A stretch of 64,000 nucleotides of DNA from the human T2T-CHM13v2.0 reference genome, Homo sapiens, in NCBI RefSeq assembly GCF_009914755.1, contig NC_060933.1. One strand, given 5' to 3'. Of this stretch, positions 12,108 to 26,527 are shown in pieces. Within the stretch, counting starts at the first letter, position 1. Every line of letters starts with the position of its first letter. Made by a program: the position numbers and the translations under genes. The notes under the pieces are model-generated. The model saw only the letters and a list, made by a program, of their open reading frames with translations, made no database searches and was not told where the DNA came from.

Positions 12108-12766
<659 letters not shown>

Positions 12767-12809
12767 TAAGAAAAAGAAAATTCTGAAACCTCATTCAAGT
12801 GCAAGTTAT

Positions 12810-13113
12810 GGACAGGCTCAATGGCTCACCCCTAAGATCACAGCACTTTAGGGGGCCAAGCAAGGCAGGAGGATTCCTTGAGAGCCCAGAAGTTCAAGAC
12901 AAACCTGGGGAACATAGAGAGGCCCCATCTTTACAAAAATTTAAGAATAAAAAATTAGCCAGGCATGGTGGTACATGCCTGTAGTCCTAGCTACTCTGGA
13001 GGCTGAGGCAGGAGGATCCTTGAGCCCAAGAGTCCAGGGCTGGAGTGAGCTATAGTTGTGCCACTGTGCTCCAGCCTGGGCAACACAGTGAGACCCTGAT
13101 CCAAAATAAAAAC
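12810..13113 (+). mobile_element. AluJ
   Basis: Divergent dimer with GGAGGAT.CTTGAGCCC; TSD AA.TGCAAGTTAT. Confidence 0.92.
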
Positions 13114-14964
13114 AAATGCAAGTTATAGATTAGTGTTACTCATAATAGCACTTTTCACCATCTAACATACTGTATATTTGACTTATTTATTCTGTTTCTT
13201 TTCCTACCCCCACAACTTTCCAACCTTCCCACTCATTACCAATGTAGCCTATAAAATTTTATTCTCTGGAGAACTTTGAGAGAAGGACAGGTAGGTCTCT
13301 GTCAAACCAGGCTAGTGATGATACTACCTGGAGGACAAGGGTAGAACCAAGGAACTCTAATCGTTACTTTGAGTCCTAATTCTGTGATTTCAGTCTCTCT
13401 ACTCAGGGTCAGTCCCAGGGTAACAGGCTAGTCACAATGTTGAGATCAGCGTTCTGAGGCTGACTTCCTTTAAAAATGTATAAAACTCTGCTCCAGAATA
13501 CTAAAACACTTATTACAGCCTGAGCCCCTCCTCACCTGCCTTGAGAAAAACATTGCATTTATTGAACATAGATTAAGCTACAGGCTGCTCCACATCCATG
13601 AGGCCCCGAGTCTGCCCAGGACTTTCCTAAACTGCCTTCAACTTGACGGTTCTGCCAGCCTTTCCAGGATGGGGTGACTAGCCACCCCCAGAATCCAGGC
13701 CAGCAACATTTAGTCAGCATTCAGCTTGTACATTCTGTCCCCTCCTTCCTCCCTCTGGGAGAACATATGGTGAGAGCTGCTTTCTTTGGAGCAAATCCTT
13801 AAGGAAAAACAGACTTTTCATCTTTTTTTTTTCTTAAGTTCCAGTAAACCCTTTTACTGATTTCTAGGGAAATCACTTTAGAGCTTAATTGTGCATTTCC
13901 CATCAGAGTCATCACTTCTGTTACTGGAGAAAATGCAACCCACAAGAGGTTTTTGAGGCGGCAGGGAGTGTGGGCTGGGTGCGCAGGTGCATGTATGTGC
14001 ATATGCATGTGCACAGATGTGTATGCACACACCAACGTACACAGTGCACCTACCCATCACTGAAAGCACTGCTCATGAATAGTCCATTTCCTCTTCCAGA
14101 ATTGGCCAAATCACGCCATTGTTGACAGCCCAGCTAGGCAGCGCCTGATGACATTTTTGGCCCTGGAAATGACAGGTGTTGATGACCCTAGCCTTCCTCT
14201 GGGCCTCTGATGCTAAGAGAGCTCTGTGCGTGCGTGTCTGGGGGGTGGGGCAGAGGAGCAGGAAAGGGCTGGCTCCAGGAGCCTTAGCTTATTTCGCTTC
14301 TCCTAACAAAGGCAGGAGGCAAACACCACTGCCAGACTGGGGGCAGCCAGGCATCAATCCTGAATTAACACACGTTATTGTGCTGAAACAGAACGGCCAG
14401 CCTTACTTTTGTCCTGGGTGCGTGGGTCATGTCCCATAGGAAGACCCTGTTTCTCTTTTCATTTGCAATGTTTGGTGCAGTGTTTATATTTATCAAGGAA
14501 ATAGGTGGAAGTTTCAATAACGCCATGTTGTTCTCTCCTTTCCCCAGATGCTTGTGATCAGCCCCACTAATACAGCAGCTATTTCCTTTAACTTTTCTGC
14601 AAGTCCAGACTTTGATTCATGGGTCCAGGTGTGCCCACCTCTGAGAGACGGCCCGGGGTGTCATCAGTAATTGCCAGATGGGGAGCTCAGCCCTATGGTC
14701 TCAAACCCCTATCTGTTCATAAATGCAGCTCTTGTCTAAGGAGTAGCTTGGACAGCGTGAGTGGGGAGGTGGCCCCGTGTACTGAAACCGCAAGGCGAGG
14801 AGAGTAGCGCTCGCTTGCAGACTGCAGCAGCGCCTGCACACAGCGCTGATCCCTGCCATTCCTATCAGAAAACAGGAAACATTGTGGCCTTTAACATAGT
14901 CTCCTTCAAAATCAAAATGCTGCTGCTTCTCCAAATAAAATAGAGCCAAAAGTCATGGGGGAAA

Positions 14965-15476
14965 GTGTGTGTGTGTGTGTGGGGGGGGTGTGTGCGCAGT
15001 GTGTGTGGTGTGGTGTGTGTGTGGTGTGTGTGTGTGGTGTGTGGTGGGTGTGTGTGGTGTGGTGTGTATGTGGTGTGTGTGTGGTGGGTGTAGTGTTATG
15101 TGTGGTGTGTGTTGTGTGTGGTGTGTGTGTTGTGTGTGTGGTGTGTGCTGTATGTGGTGTGTGTGTGGTATGTGTGGTGTGTGGTGTGTGTGTGTGGTGT
15201 GTGTGTGTGCTGTGTGTATGTGGTGTGTGGTGTGTTGGTGTGTGTGTGGTGTGTGTATGTGTGTGGTGTATGTGTGTGGTGTGTGTGGTGTATGTGTGTG
15301 GTGTGTGTGTGGTATGTGGTGTGTGTGTGGTGTGTTGGTGTGTGTGTGGTGTGTGTATGTGTGTGGTGTGTGTGGTGTATGTGTGTGGTGTGTGTGGTGT
15401 GTGTGTGGTGTGTGTGTGTGGTGTGTGTGTGGTGTGTGTGTGGTGTGTGTGTGTGTACACGTATGCACAGTGTGTG
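14965..15476. repeat. Long complex (TG)n/(GTGTG)n tract, about 510 bp
   Basis: Almost exclusively T/G with recurring GTGTGTGGT units; source of the spurious C/V/W and H/T ORFs. Confidence 0.98.
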
Positions 15477-17319
15477 TTCCCAATATAGCTTTTGAGAAAA
15501 CCCAAGAATTTCTTCCGCCTCAGGTAACACATGGATGGGATGCCATTGGCTCCTTTGTCTCTTTGTCCAGGGACTGTCAGTGGATCAAATCCCCAGCCCT
15601 CACTAAACCAAGCAGTACCTCCATGAGGATGAGAAACGTGCCCCTGTGGACAGGCACAGGCCTCCCAGAGCAAACCGCTGGTGAGCAGAGCAGGCCGAAT
15701 TCTGGTCCCGCGCCCTCTGGTGAGTTCTTTGTGCTGGGCTTAAATTGCATACATAGATAGAGCAGTGCTGACAGATTTGAGGTTGAAGCGAAGGGAGGGA
15801 GAAGATACAGCTTTTCAATGAGCTGGAGATGCTACCAGCCAGGGATATCCCCACCGATGCATTTCAAAGAATTTCCAGAACTGGTAACCTAGTCTTTAGT
15901 TACCACCACAGCTGGGGTCTTGTTCCCAGAGTTTGCTAGTTCAGGAAAGAGCTCACCTGGCTTTCTCTGTCCAGAATCTATCCACCTCTTGTGAGCGGTC
16001 TAACACTTAGCAGTGTTCTGGTATACAAAGGGTATTCAATCAATGTTTGAAGTTGGCTGAATGGCGTCGCTAACCAACCACTCTCAGAGGATGCGTCTCT
16101 GTTGACCCCTTTGTTTTAGCAAATCGCATGCTGGAATGGCTTCCTGAAATGTATCTTAGTTTTCATGAAAACCTATAAATTACAATAGACCCCACATACT
16201 CACCCCACATACTCACCTCAACCCAGAACATACACACTCCCAAGTAGCAGGGGAAAAAATTAAATCAATAGATCAGGAGCGATTCAAGTTCATTTCACCC
16301 TGGCAAAATGTTTTAAGATCGAGTTTGAAGAAAACTAAATGTCTCTAAGGCAAGAAGTCCTGGTGACCTACCACTGGTCTTGGAGGTGGTTCAACCACAG
16401 CTCTACCACCACTCGTAACATCTGCCCCAAGAACCTTCAACACAATTGTAGTAGGTATTTTTTGTGGTTTCCTCTGGAAAAAAAAATAAGCTCAGACATG
16501 TAGTGACTAAATTGCGAAGACATTTATTGGCTGCAGTGAACCATTTCCTCTTCAGCTTAGAACAACTTCTCTAATTATTAAATTGTTGATAGAAATCACT
16601 TTAATAAATGTGGCTTTTCAGACAAGACCCACTCTGGGGAGGCAAGCACAGATATTAGGACACGTGCCATGGGAACTCTGTGGGCCCACTGTGTATTACA
16701 GATTGAAGGTTTAAGCCACGTTGAACTCTAGCTCATCACCACGAGGTTATATGAGGTTGGGGTCACCCTAACGTCACTAGGAACAGAGAGGGAACAGCTC
16801 TTTTCTTCCCTTGGGAACGAAACCTGACTTTCACAGCATGTTCAAGGCTTTAAATGCTAAATATGTTGATTTGCTTTTGCAAAAATATGATCATTCCAGC
16901 AATAATCTCTTGATACATCATCAAGCCTCTCCTTAACCTTGTCCTCGTTCTTTTGTTCACATTAGCAGGTGAAGTGCTTCTCGCCAATAAGTCAACCAGC
17001 GGGCTCCAAAATAAAAGTTTCCCATGTGTTTTTGGTAGAGAACTCTCCCAGGAAAACACAGTAGGGCTCATGGCAGTGTGGTGCAGACTCCTGCCGAGGG
17101 ACGGGCAAGCACTCCTGGATGTGGGTTCCTCATCACCAGCCACTGGATGGCTTCTGTCTGTGGAGCTCAGGGCTCCCAGAAGGCACAGGAGCTTGCTGAG
17201 ACAGTCCAGACAATGGGAAAGCAGGATACAGCAGGAAGAGGGGGCAAGCAGGCAGTCTTCTCAGGTGGGAATGGCCACCCTCCAGGGCCTCTGGCCACTA
17301 GGGAGACCTTACTAAAGAG

Positions 17320-17688
17320 AGGCAGGGAGGGAGAGAGGGAGGAAGGGAGGGAGGGGGAGAAAAAATGAAAGGCAAAAGAGAGCAAGAAAGAGGGGGAAAT
17401 AAAGCAAGGAAGAAAAGAAAGAAGGGAGAGAGGGGGAAAGGAAGGAAGCAAGGAAGGAAGGAGAGAGAGAGGGAGGGAGGGAGGAAAAGAAAGGAAGGAA
17501 GAAAGGAAGGAAAGAAAGAAAAAGAAAGGAGGGCGGGAGGGAGGGAGGGGGAGAGAAGGAGGAAGGGAGGGGGAGGGAAGGGAGAGAAGAAGGAAGGAAG
17601 GGGAAGGAAGGAAGGAAGGAGGGGAGGGGAGGGAGGGAGGGAAAATAATCGAAAAGAAAAGAAGAGGAAAAAAAGAAAAAGAGAAAAG
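17320..17688. repeat. GA-rich polypurine low-complexity tract, about 370 bp
   Basis: GGAA/GGGA/GAAA runs with very few pyrimidines. Confidence 0.97.
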
Positions 17689-18414
17689 GCTGGTTTAGCC
17701 AAGCATAGAATCAGCTTGAACAACTGGCCAGGGAACAGGCCTCAGGCACACAGAAAGGGGCAGAAAGGTCCAGGTGTGGTGGGGGAAGACAGGCTCATGT
17801 CTAGCAGACATCTAGGAGGGGCCAACCAGACAGCTGGGAGGTCAGTGCAGGACAACGTGAAGCCACGACCTCCTTCTCGAGAGCTAACTGTGTGCCAGGC
17901 CCCGTTCTAGGTGCCTGGGATAGGGCAGTGAGCCAAGCACATGTGGCCCCTCCCTCACTGGGCTCACATCCTAGTGTGGGGATCCACACAGTAACAGAGA
18001 AAGGAAGGAAAAGATTTCATTTCAGGTGGTGGTGGATGCTGTGCAGACGCTGGGGGGCTGGAGTGGGCTGCTGCTTAGTGAGGTGGTTGGTGGGTGGTTA
18101 GGGGCAGCCTCTCTGATGGGGTGGAAGGGACTACCCAGTACAGGGAGCAGTGACCAGAAACAAAATCACTGGAACCACTGGAAGATACTCCTTCCCCAGC
18201 CACAGAGCCAGGGCTCAGGAGCAGGAGGATTCAAGGGGTTGCCGTGTGGCTCTTCAGGGGTGAAGAGACCACAGCAAGCTCAGGGCTGGGCAGCCTGGAG
18301 CAGGCAGTCTTTGGCAATCAATCAATAGGGCCTAGAACGCTTGACCTTCCCTGGTCTCTGTGCGCTGGTCCTCAGCAGCTTGGGAAAATACCCCCTGAAA
18401 AGACAGGGCGCATC

Positions 18415-18758
18415 CCCGCCAGCTTGGCTTGGTGTAACAAGTGCCACACACTGGTTGGCTCATAGACAACAGACACTTGTTTTTCACAGTCTGGGCCAGA
18501 AGTCAGTGCTAGGGTGGCCAGGTTCTGCTGAGGGCTGTCTTCTGGGTTGCACATGGCTGTCTTCTTATATCCTCACATGGCAGAATGAGGGCAGAGAGCT
18601 CCCTAGCCTCTTCTTCTAGGGTCACTAATCCCATGGATGAGGGCCCCACCCTCACGACCTAATCACCTCCCAAAGGCCCCAGCTTTTCATACCATCACAC
18701 TGGGATTAGGGTTTCAACAGATGAATTTTGGGAGGATACAAACACTCAGTCCATTGCA
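18415..18758 (-). mobile_element. MLT1A-like solo LTR (ERVL-MaLR)
   Basis: TCCTCACATGGCAGA...CACTAATCCCAT..ATGAGGGCCCCACCCTCACGACCTAATCACCTCCCAAAGGCCCC...TCAGTCCAT.GCA. Confidence 0.85.
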
Positions 18759-19443
18759 GGGAACTCAATTCTGTCTCCTCCCCCATTCGGCCAGCTCTAA
18801 TTTCAAGCAGCTCTATTGGAAGCATTCATTTTCTGTAAAGGAACACACATCTACCTTCCTAAACCCCTACCTTTGTTTCTCACTTTGTTCCCTGAAGCTT
18901 CAAGGATAAGTGAAACCGCCTTCCCTGTGAATGCCCTTCAAATATTTATGTGTGGCTACTATTCCTCTCTATGAGCAGACGGAGGCAAAGGCAAGACACG
19001 CTGGATTTCAGCACCATTCCCTCCTACCCCCAAGACCAGCATGAGAGTTCTGAAGCTCTCTCACCCTCCTTTATGCGCTTGCTAGGAAAAGTAAGCAAGA
19101 TAATTTGTAGAAAGTGCATGGCCCAGTGACTGGCACATGGAGGAGCATGAGAGGGCAGCTTCTTTCTCCCTGGGTCCTCTCTTCTCAAAGCTAAGCGTCA
19201 CTAGTTCCTTCAATGTTTCTTTTTGTGATGTGACTTCAAGAGCTATGATGCTCAATTGTCTTCCGATGCTCTGTTGTGATTCAGACATGCTTAGCTCAAG
19301 GCAACCCTGGAGGAGGAAGAAGGAAGCCAGGAGCAGGTGCACCCCCATTCTCCAGTGGGGCAGCTTCTGATAGCATCAGGGCCGGAGCATCAGCCGGACT
19401 GGCTGAGTCTCGTGGAGGGAGCCAGCAACATGTGACTCACTCA

Positions 19444-19500
19444 CTCTCTCTCTCTCTCTCTCTCTGTCCCTCTCTCTCTCTCTCTCTTTCTCACACACAC
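19444..19500. repeat. Compound (CT)n(CA)n microsatellite
   Basis: Direct reading. Confidence 0.9.
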
Positions 19501-20277
19501 AAACACACCCCGTGACATTTGCCCTTTTCTAGCTTTCTGTCTGTTTTCTATGACCCCATGATTACAAGCAATAATTAAATCAACTTCATCTGCAGGTCCA
19601 GCCAAGATGCCTGCTGTGGCCTCTGTCATGGTGGCCTCGCCTGCTCAGGGTTTTCTCACGTCTTCTGTTCCACTCCTCCGACCTAAGGCCCATCCTGTGT
19701 GGAGAAGCGAACACGGCACGGGAGACGAGGCACTCTACTTTCTCTATCTCACATTATCCTTACACAACCTGCTCCCCGAAAGATGATTTCTTCCTTTCTC
19801 GTCTTGCTGTTCCTAATGGAGTTTTAAAAGTACGCTTTATTCATGGTTCTTGAGTTAAAGCATACATTGTTGACTCCAAGTTCCCAGCTACACAGAACTG
19901 GGCAGCACTGTTTTTAAGACAAGAGTTAGAAGTCCAGCGAAACACTTAAGTAGGGAGTCAGAGAAGATACATGCCCCCACACCCCCACACCGCCCATAAA
20001 AATGTAGTCTTTATTGCACACCAACGGAGACCAGCAACACGGAGCAGAGTCTTTATGGATTTCCTGGGAACTTGAAATGCTCTCCCTGCTCATCACTTCT
20101 GTGAATCCCTGTCCATTCCCTATAGTTACCAACAGTAACAAGCTTAAAACAAAGCAAAGATGGCAAAGGGCTCATGGCATGTGTTTTGGAGGGTGGGAGA
20201 GACATTTCTTATCTCTTTGTTCTTCTGTGCAGTCAGGAGACTCTTGGGAAAAGCAGATGAAGACAGGCCAGAAAGAA

Positions 20278-20685
<408 letters not shown>

Positions 20686-20994
20686 TTACATCATCAAAAC
20701 TTCCCAGTAGATTTTGTTGTGTGCTAAGCGTATTTTGGATTATGCAGAGCTATGCTACAGTAGTTTTTCCATCACGGTTCAGTCTTGCAAGAAAGCTAAC
20801 AGTTCACCAATGTAACATCAGTTATGCTTTCACTTCCCATAGCCAGAATTAATTCCCAATGGGGATTTTTCAATGAAAGCTGGATTTCTAACTGCCACTC
20901 TCAACCAGTTTTCACCTTTCATTCCCCACCTGTCAACATTGGCTTAATAATCTACTGCACGTCTCCCACTCATCAGATAATAATAATAACAGCA

Positions 20995-21220
20995 ATAACA
21001 ATAATATTAGCCAACATTGACTGAGGAGTTCATATGTGCTAGGTGCTGTTTTATGAGCACCACACAACTGAGCTTGTTATGCCTCTCCATATCCCCGTGA
21101 GGAAGGGACTACGTCTCAGCATTCTACGGATGAGGAAACTGAGGCTTAAAGTCACACAGCTAGTTAGCAGGGGAGCCGGCACGCGCTTGCAGGCGGTGAC
21201 TCCAGAGCTCCTGACCCTAG
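20995..21220 (-). mobile_element. MIR
   Basis: ATTCTACGGATGAGGAAACTGAGGCTTA...GTCACACAGCTAGT. Confidence 0.8.
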
Positions 21221-22598
21221 AAACCCACACAGCTGCACACGGAGCCTCCTCCACTGAGCACAGGCTTCAGGCTTGGCTCGCTGCTTTCGCAAGTGCCGCC
21301 ATCCCCTGCCACCCTGCCCCATCACAGCCCGGTGGCTTGCAAAACATTTAACTCCGCACCCCATGCCCTTTCTTCAAGTGAGGAAGCCCCAAGCCTGCAT
21401 TAAACAGATCAAATGGAGATTCTCTGGATGAATTAGGAAGAGGAGCGGGGGCTCCTGCCCCCTCCCCACCCCAGCCCCTCCCTGGTGTCCCAGAAGGTTC
21501 TGCGGGACCTTAGGGCTTCTGTGGAACGCAGCTGGAAAACCCCTGGACCAGACTAGCTTTGGTCTCCCTCCACCAGGAAAACTGCCAGCTCCAGAGCTGC
21601 CCTCCAATGCGCTTCCAAAACTCCACAGCTTCCTCTTGGTTCTAGGACAAATGTGAAACTCTGTACGGGGAATTCCAGGTTTCCCAAACCCCGTCTTCCC
21701 AGCCTTTCCCTCTGTACCCTCATTCCATCCAGGTGGCCTGGCCTCCGTGCGGCCTGAAAGCAGGCAGCGTTCTTTGAACCATTTGGAACGGCCTCTACTT
21801 TCCCCTACCAGCCGAAGAAACAGAGCCGAGAGCCGCCTCTCCCCAAGGCCTCCCCGAAGGCTCTGGTGCTGCTTGTCTCAGCATCCTGTTTAGCACTCAC
21901 TCCTGCCCTGCTGTGTCATTAGCATACAGGCTTCACTGCCAAAACACGGACCAAAGCAGCAATGACTTCAACAAGAAGAAAGTTTATTTCTCTTGCAAGA
22001 AATGTCTGAGCATGTGCAGCCCCAGAAGCAGCCCCATGGTGTGGGGACCCAGGCTCCCTCCAAGTTGTGGCTACACTGTACTTGCTATTGGTCTGGCCTT
22101 CACAGTGGTCTATGGCTTAGCTCCCCACCCTCTGGCATCTGAGTGCCACCAGCTACAAGGGAAAAAGTGAAGTGGAGGGCAGAACCTTTTCTTCTCAAGA
22201 ATGTCATCCTCCACTCCTAATTAGATCCCAGGGGCAAGACGGAATATTTCAAAAGAAAAGGAGAGAGGGACATTTTCTCTCATCTGTCATAAACTCCTGG
22301 AAGAAAAGGACCTTCTTCTACACACCATACCAGCCTCCATGCCTATTTAACCTCAGGATCTTTCTACACCTTGAATGTCATCAATAAATATTAAAGAACG
22401 AATAATAGGTATACAAATTAATAAATAAGAAAACAGATACATGGTCATTTTCAGAAATAAGAAAATGTTGGATTGCTTTATATCCGTGCTGAATTTAACG
22501 TTTTCAACTACTGGGTACTAAATGTAAAAAGGTTTTTACATACTTACTTTTAGAAAAGTTAGCCCAAGAGAGAGAATATCTGAATGAGTGAGATGCTT

Positions 22599-22635
22599 AC
22601 ACACACACACACACACACGCGCGCACACACACACA
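22599..22635. repeat. (CA)n(CG)n(CA)n microsatellite
   Basis: Direct reading. Confidence 0.92.
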
Positions 22636-23089
22636 GCTCCAACGTATTCCAACAAAGAATCTGGGAAACTGTTTCATTTCTCCTCGTGCTTTTTTTCTAA
22701 GACAGCCAATACAAAATTAATAAAAGTTTTGAAAAGCTAATATTGAAAACATAAAAGCATAATACTAAAACTACCTTTTCAGCTACTAATCTGTGACAGT
22801 AACATCTTAGTTCATTCACCAAGCACTTTTCCAAATGGTGGGAACACTGGCAATATTTTCACCCAGGAGATGTTACTAAATAAGTATGAGGTTTGCCCAA
22901 GAGAAATTATTTTTAAATATTTATTTAAAAACTATCTATGTCCTTTTCTTTTATGCAATATATGCATTTATGCATTGATTAATTCATTTCTACATGTATT
23001 AGTTGTCACAAATACCACCAAAAGTTTTAAGAAGCTTTAAGGTAGCTACAGGTAAAGAAGAGTAACTACAATTACCCTATTTGCCAGTT

Positions 23090-23389
23090 GTTTTTTTTTT
23101 TTTTTTTTGAGACAGAGTCTCGCTCTGTCAGTCAGGCTGGAGTCCAGTGGCACAATCTCACCTCATTGCCACCTCTGCCTCTGGGGATCAAGTGATTCTC
23201 CTGCCTCAGCCTCCTGAGTAGCTGGGATTACAGGCGTGCACCACCACACTGGCTAATGTTTTACACTTTTAGTAGAGACAGGGTTTCACCATGTTGGCCA
23301 GGCTGGTCTTGAACTCCTGACCTCAAGTGACCTGCCCACCTCAGCCTCCCAAAATGCTGGGATTACAGGCGTGAGCCACCGCGCCTGGC
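23090..23389 (-). mobile_element. AluS (Sx/Sz-like)
   Basis: Antisense full dimer, TSD CCAGTTG. Confidence 0.97.
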
Positions 23390-23956
23390 CCAGTTGCAAA
23401 TTATTTTATCAGTTCAGACTTTCTTAGCCTTGAATGAAGCCTAGGAAATAATAACAATAATAATAAAAGCAGCTTCCCTATTGCGCCTACTCTGGACCAG
23501 ACATTGTACTAACTGCCCCACGAAGATTCTTTCAATCCTTTAATAATTCTATAGATACAGAAACCAAGGTGCAGAGACATGGGGTAATCAAAGTCTTTCA
23601 GAACTGCGTTCAGATCGGGCCTATTTATTTCCAAAGACCTTTGCTTTTTGAAATACAGAGAAGTCAGGTTAATAACTGGTACTCTTCTGTTACCTGTAGG
23701 CTTGGGATCGAGCCCTATGCAGCCATTCACAAGGTGCCTGTGCACAAACAGGTGCCATTTGTATTTCTCGTATGCACATCTTACAGCACAACTAAAGGGA
23801 TTACAGAGAGAGTGTGCACGGGTGCCCCATGGATCAGGGTGCACAGAAAGACCCTCTTGTCAAATGGGAGTCTCAGGAGACTCTGAGCACCCAGGGAGGG
23901 CACAGGCTTACCTCCCAAGCCCCTGGAGAGGGTGGGACAAGGCAGGATAAAGATAC

Positions 23957-24312
23957 TGCTAAGGACTCAAAGTTTGTGTCCCCTCAAAATTCGTATGTCA
24001 GATCCTAACCTGCAAGGTGATGTTATTTGGAGGTGGAGCAATTTGGAAGTGATTAGGTCATGAGGATGGAACCCTCACAAATGGGGTTAGTGCCTTTATA
24101 AAAGAGGCCCTGGAGAGTTCCCTCACCCCTTCAGCCATGTGAGGACACATGGCTATGAACCAGATAATGGGCCCTCACCAGACACCAGATTTGCCAGCAC
24201 CTCCGTCTTGAACTTCCTAGCCTCCAGAACGATGAGAAATACATTTCTGTTGTTTCTAAGCCACCCAGTCTGGTGTTCTGTTACGGCAGCCAGAACAGAC
24301 CCCGCTCAGACA
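23957..24312 (+). mobile_element. MLT1A-like solo LTR (ERVL-MaLR)
   Basis: TGCTA.GGACT...TTTGTGTCCCCTCAAAATTCGTATG...TGAACTTCC.AGCCTCCAGAAC..TGAGAAATA.ATTTCTGTTGTTT.TAAGCCACCCAGTCT. Confidence 0.9.
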
Positions 24313-24988
24313 CAGAAGGAGGAGCCTGCCTCAGAGGGGGCCCTCTCTGTCCTCCCACTTCTGCCAAGGTGGTCTCCCCTCACCTGTACCACCCCTTTCC
24401 ATGAGGCATCCCCGCATCGGGACACTGTTCTTGCCGCTGGAGTCTGGGCCGGCGGCACAGCCTGAGTAAAGGCCAATGCCCTCTCTCCCTGGCCGGCCAT
24501 TGTGCACCCTGCGTCCCACAGCGAGAAATGCAGAGCTCTCCTGTCATTTGAACCTAATGCTCGGGCCAAGGCAGGCCTGCTCCTCGAGGTCCGCCTACCT
24601 CAGCTTAGATCCAGCCATGCGCGCAGGAAGCGGCAGCAGGCCAGCTCATGGACGTTCTTCCAGGTCCCTCAAGTAAAAAGTGGGGATTTTCAGTTCCCCT
24701 CCCTTTAGAAAACAATTTCCTTTCAGAGGACCTGGCTGGGAGACACTGGCTTAAAATCACTCTTGCATGAAAATGTTGTAGGATTTAACTCTCCCCCGAT
24801 GCTAAATTCGCAGAGCGATACACATGACTTGGCCAGCTCATCCCAAGTAGATGCAGAGGGCTTGTGTCTGCAGAGCTTTCCTTAGGGGAATGGACTCTTG
24901 CACAGACCCCCTGCCCAATGCTGGGTCTCCCACGTGAACCCTGCCTTCAAGTCTTCCTCAAGAAACTTCTCTCTCTCTTTGTTCTAGC

Positions 24989-25187
24989 CCAAGGCTGCTC
25001 AAAAGGGCACGATAGACATTTTAGGGCAGGTAATTCTTTGTTGTGGGGCTGCCCTATGTGTTGGAGGATGTCTAGCAACATCCCTGGAATCTGTCCACCA
25101 GATGCCCCCCGGTTGTGACAACCCAAAATGTCTCCAGATGCGTCACATGTCTGCTGGGGGCAAAGTCTCCCCCAGCAAGAACCACTC
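24989..25187. mobile_element. MER20
   Basis: TAATTCTTTGTTGTGGGGCTGCCCT..AGCAACATCCCTGG..GTTGTGACAACC.AAAATGTCTCCAGA. Confidence 0.8.
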
Positions 25188-25713
25188 GTGCACCTGAAGT
25201 GCACTTGGCTAAGAACTGAGAAAGCCAAGACGGTAGGAAATCCTCCTCATCCTTCAGAGGCTGTACATCCAGCTAGAAGAATCCGAAGTCAACATGATAA
25301 TCACAAAGGCAAACATTCCACCAATGACAAGTCAAGAGCGCAAGAGATGTGTTGAGATGGTGTGTAACTAACAGAAACTTTAACACTTTGCTAATACTTG
25401 TAACATTTTATTTTATTAAAATTATTTAACTATCTGTCTTCCTTAATTTAAAATGGAAGCACCATAAGCGTAAACACTGAATCTTTTTGTTGACTCTGGG
25501 AGCCCCAGTGCCCAGCACAGTGTCTGACACAGGAGGCGGTCAGCGTATCTCAGACGTCAGCCTGGTACTGGTTCAGACCCAGCACGAGAAGGACAGCATT
25601 GAAAGAGCCCCTGTCCAGGCGGCTTCTGGCATTCACTGGGAACCAGGTTGGCTGAGGCAATCTGGATGTTTGACTCTTCCTAGTGTTTTTAATTAAAAAA
25701 AAAATTAAGTTCA

Positions 25714-25880
25714 GGCCGGATGTAGTGGCTCATGCCTGTAATCCCTACACTTTGAGAGGGTGAGGCAGGAGGATTACTTGAGGCCTGGAGTTGGAGGTTG
25801 CAGTGAGCTATGATCACACCACTGCACTCCAGCCTGGGCAGCAGAGCAAGAAGACCCTGTCTCTAAAAAAACAAAACAAA
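25714..25880 (+). mobile_element. Alu monomer (FRAM/FAM-like)
   Basis: Single ~165-bp right-arm-type monomer with A-rich tail. Confidence 0.85.
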
Positions 25881-26344
25881 CCTCCAAAAACCTCTTGGTT
25901 TAAAGGCAGAGTGTGGGTGTGAGAGAGAGTGCGGGTGTGTATGAGGAAGCTAGATGAAGGAAATTTGTGGAGAGGGAAGATTCTGGAAGCAGTCTCAGAA
26001 GAGCTGTTTTCCACATCCCACAGTCCTTCCCTCCCTCCATCCTCGATCTTGTCTCTGAGTTTAATTCCCCTCCGGAAAGGCAAGAAGATGGCAAAACTGA
26101 GGTGCAAACTCAGGGCTCTTCACGGGGATAGACGGGCTGCATAGGGCCGGGCAGAGATGAATCTGTAGGAAGGAATGAGGAAAACACCAACCCAAATCCA
26201 TGGCTCACCTCTCGCTTATGTCACCTGTTCTTTGTGAACGTGGGTTGAGCACCTGCTGACTGCTGGACAGTCCTCTGCTTCTAGGGACCCTACAGTACAC
26301 AGAAGAGATAAAAGCAAGCTTCCAGAAACCTGCAGTCCAGCTTC

Positions 26345-26527
26345 ACACTATACAAGCCTGCGCGTGCACGGCGCCTCCCAAGGACTTGCCCATGCAGATG
26401 GCTGGGCCCCTTTCCACAGCATCCGTTTCCGCAGGTCTGGGTCAGGGCCTGAGAATCAGCATTTCTAACAAGGCTCCAGGTGAGGCTGATGCTGCTGGTC
26501 CGCAGACCGCCCTTTGAGTAGCCCTGG
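26345..26527. mobile_element. MER5A-like
   Basis: AGGTCTGGG..AGGGCCTGAGAAT..GCATTTCTAACAAG..CCAGGTGA.GCTGATGCTGCTGGTCCG. Confidence 0.75.

Noticed and set aside
14912-15760. Long Cys/Val/Trp- or His/Thr-rich ORFs (keratin-associated or metal-binding look-alikes)
   Set aside because: They are translations of a TG repeat that is open in all six frames.
17298-17910. Lys/Arg/Glu/Gly-rich 181-aa ORF and its antisense partner
   Set aside because: A polypurine tract cannot encode stop codons, so this is a low-complexity artefact.
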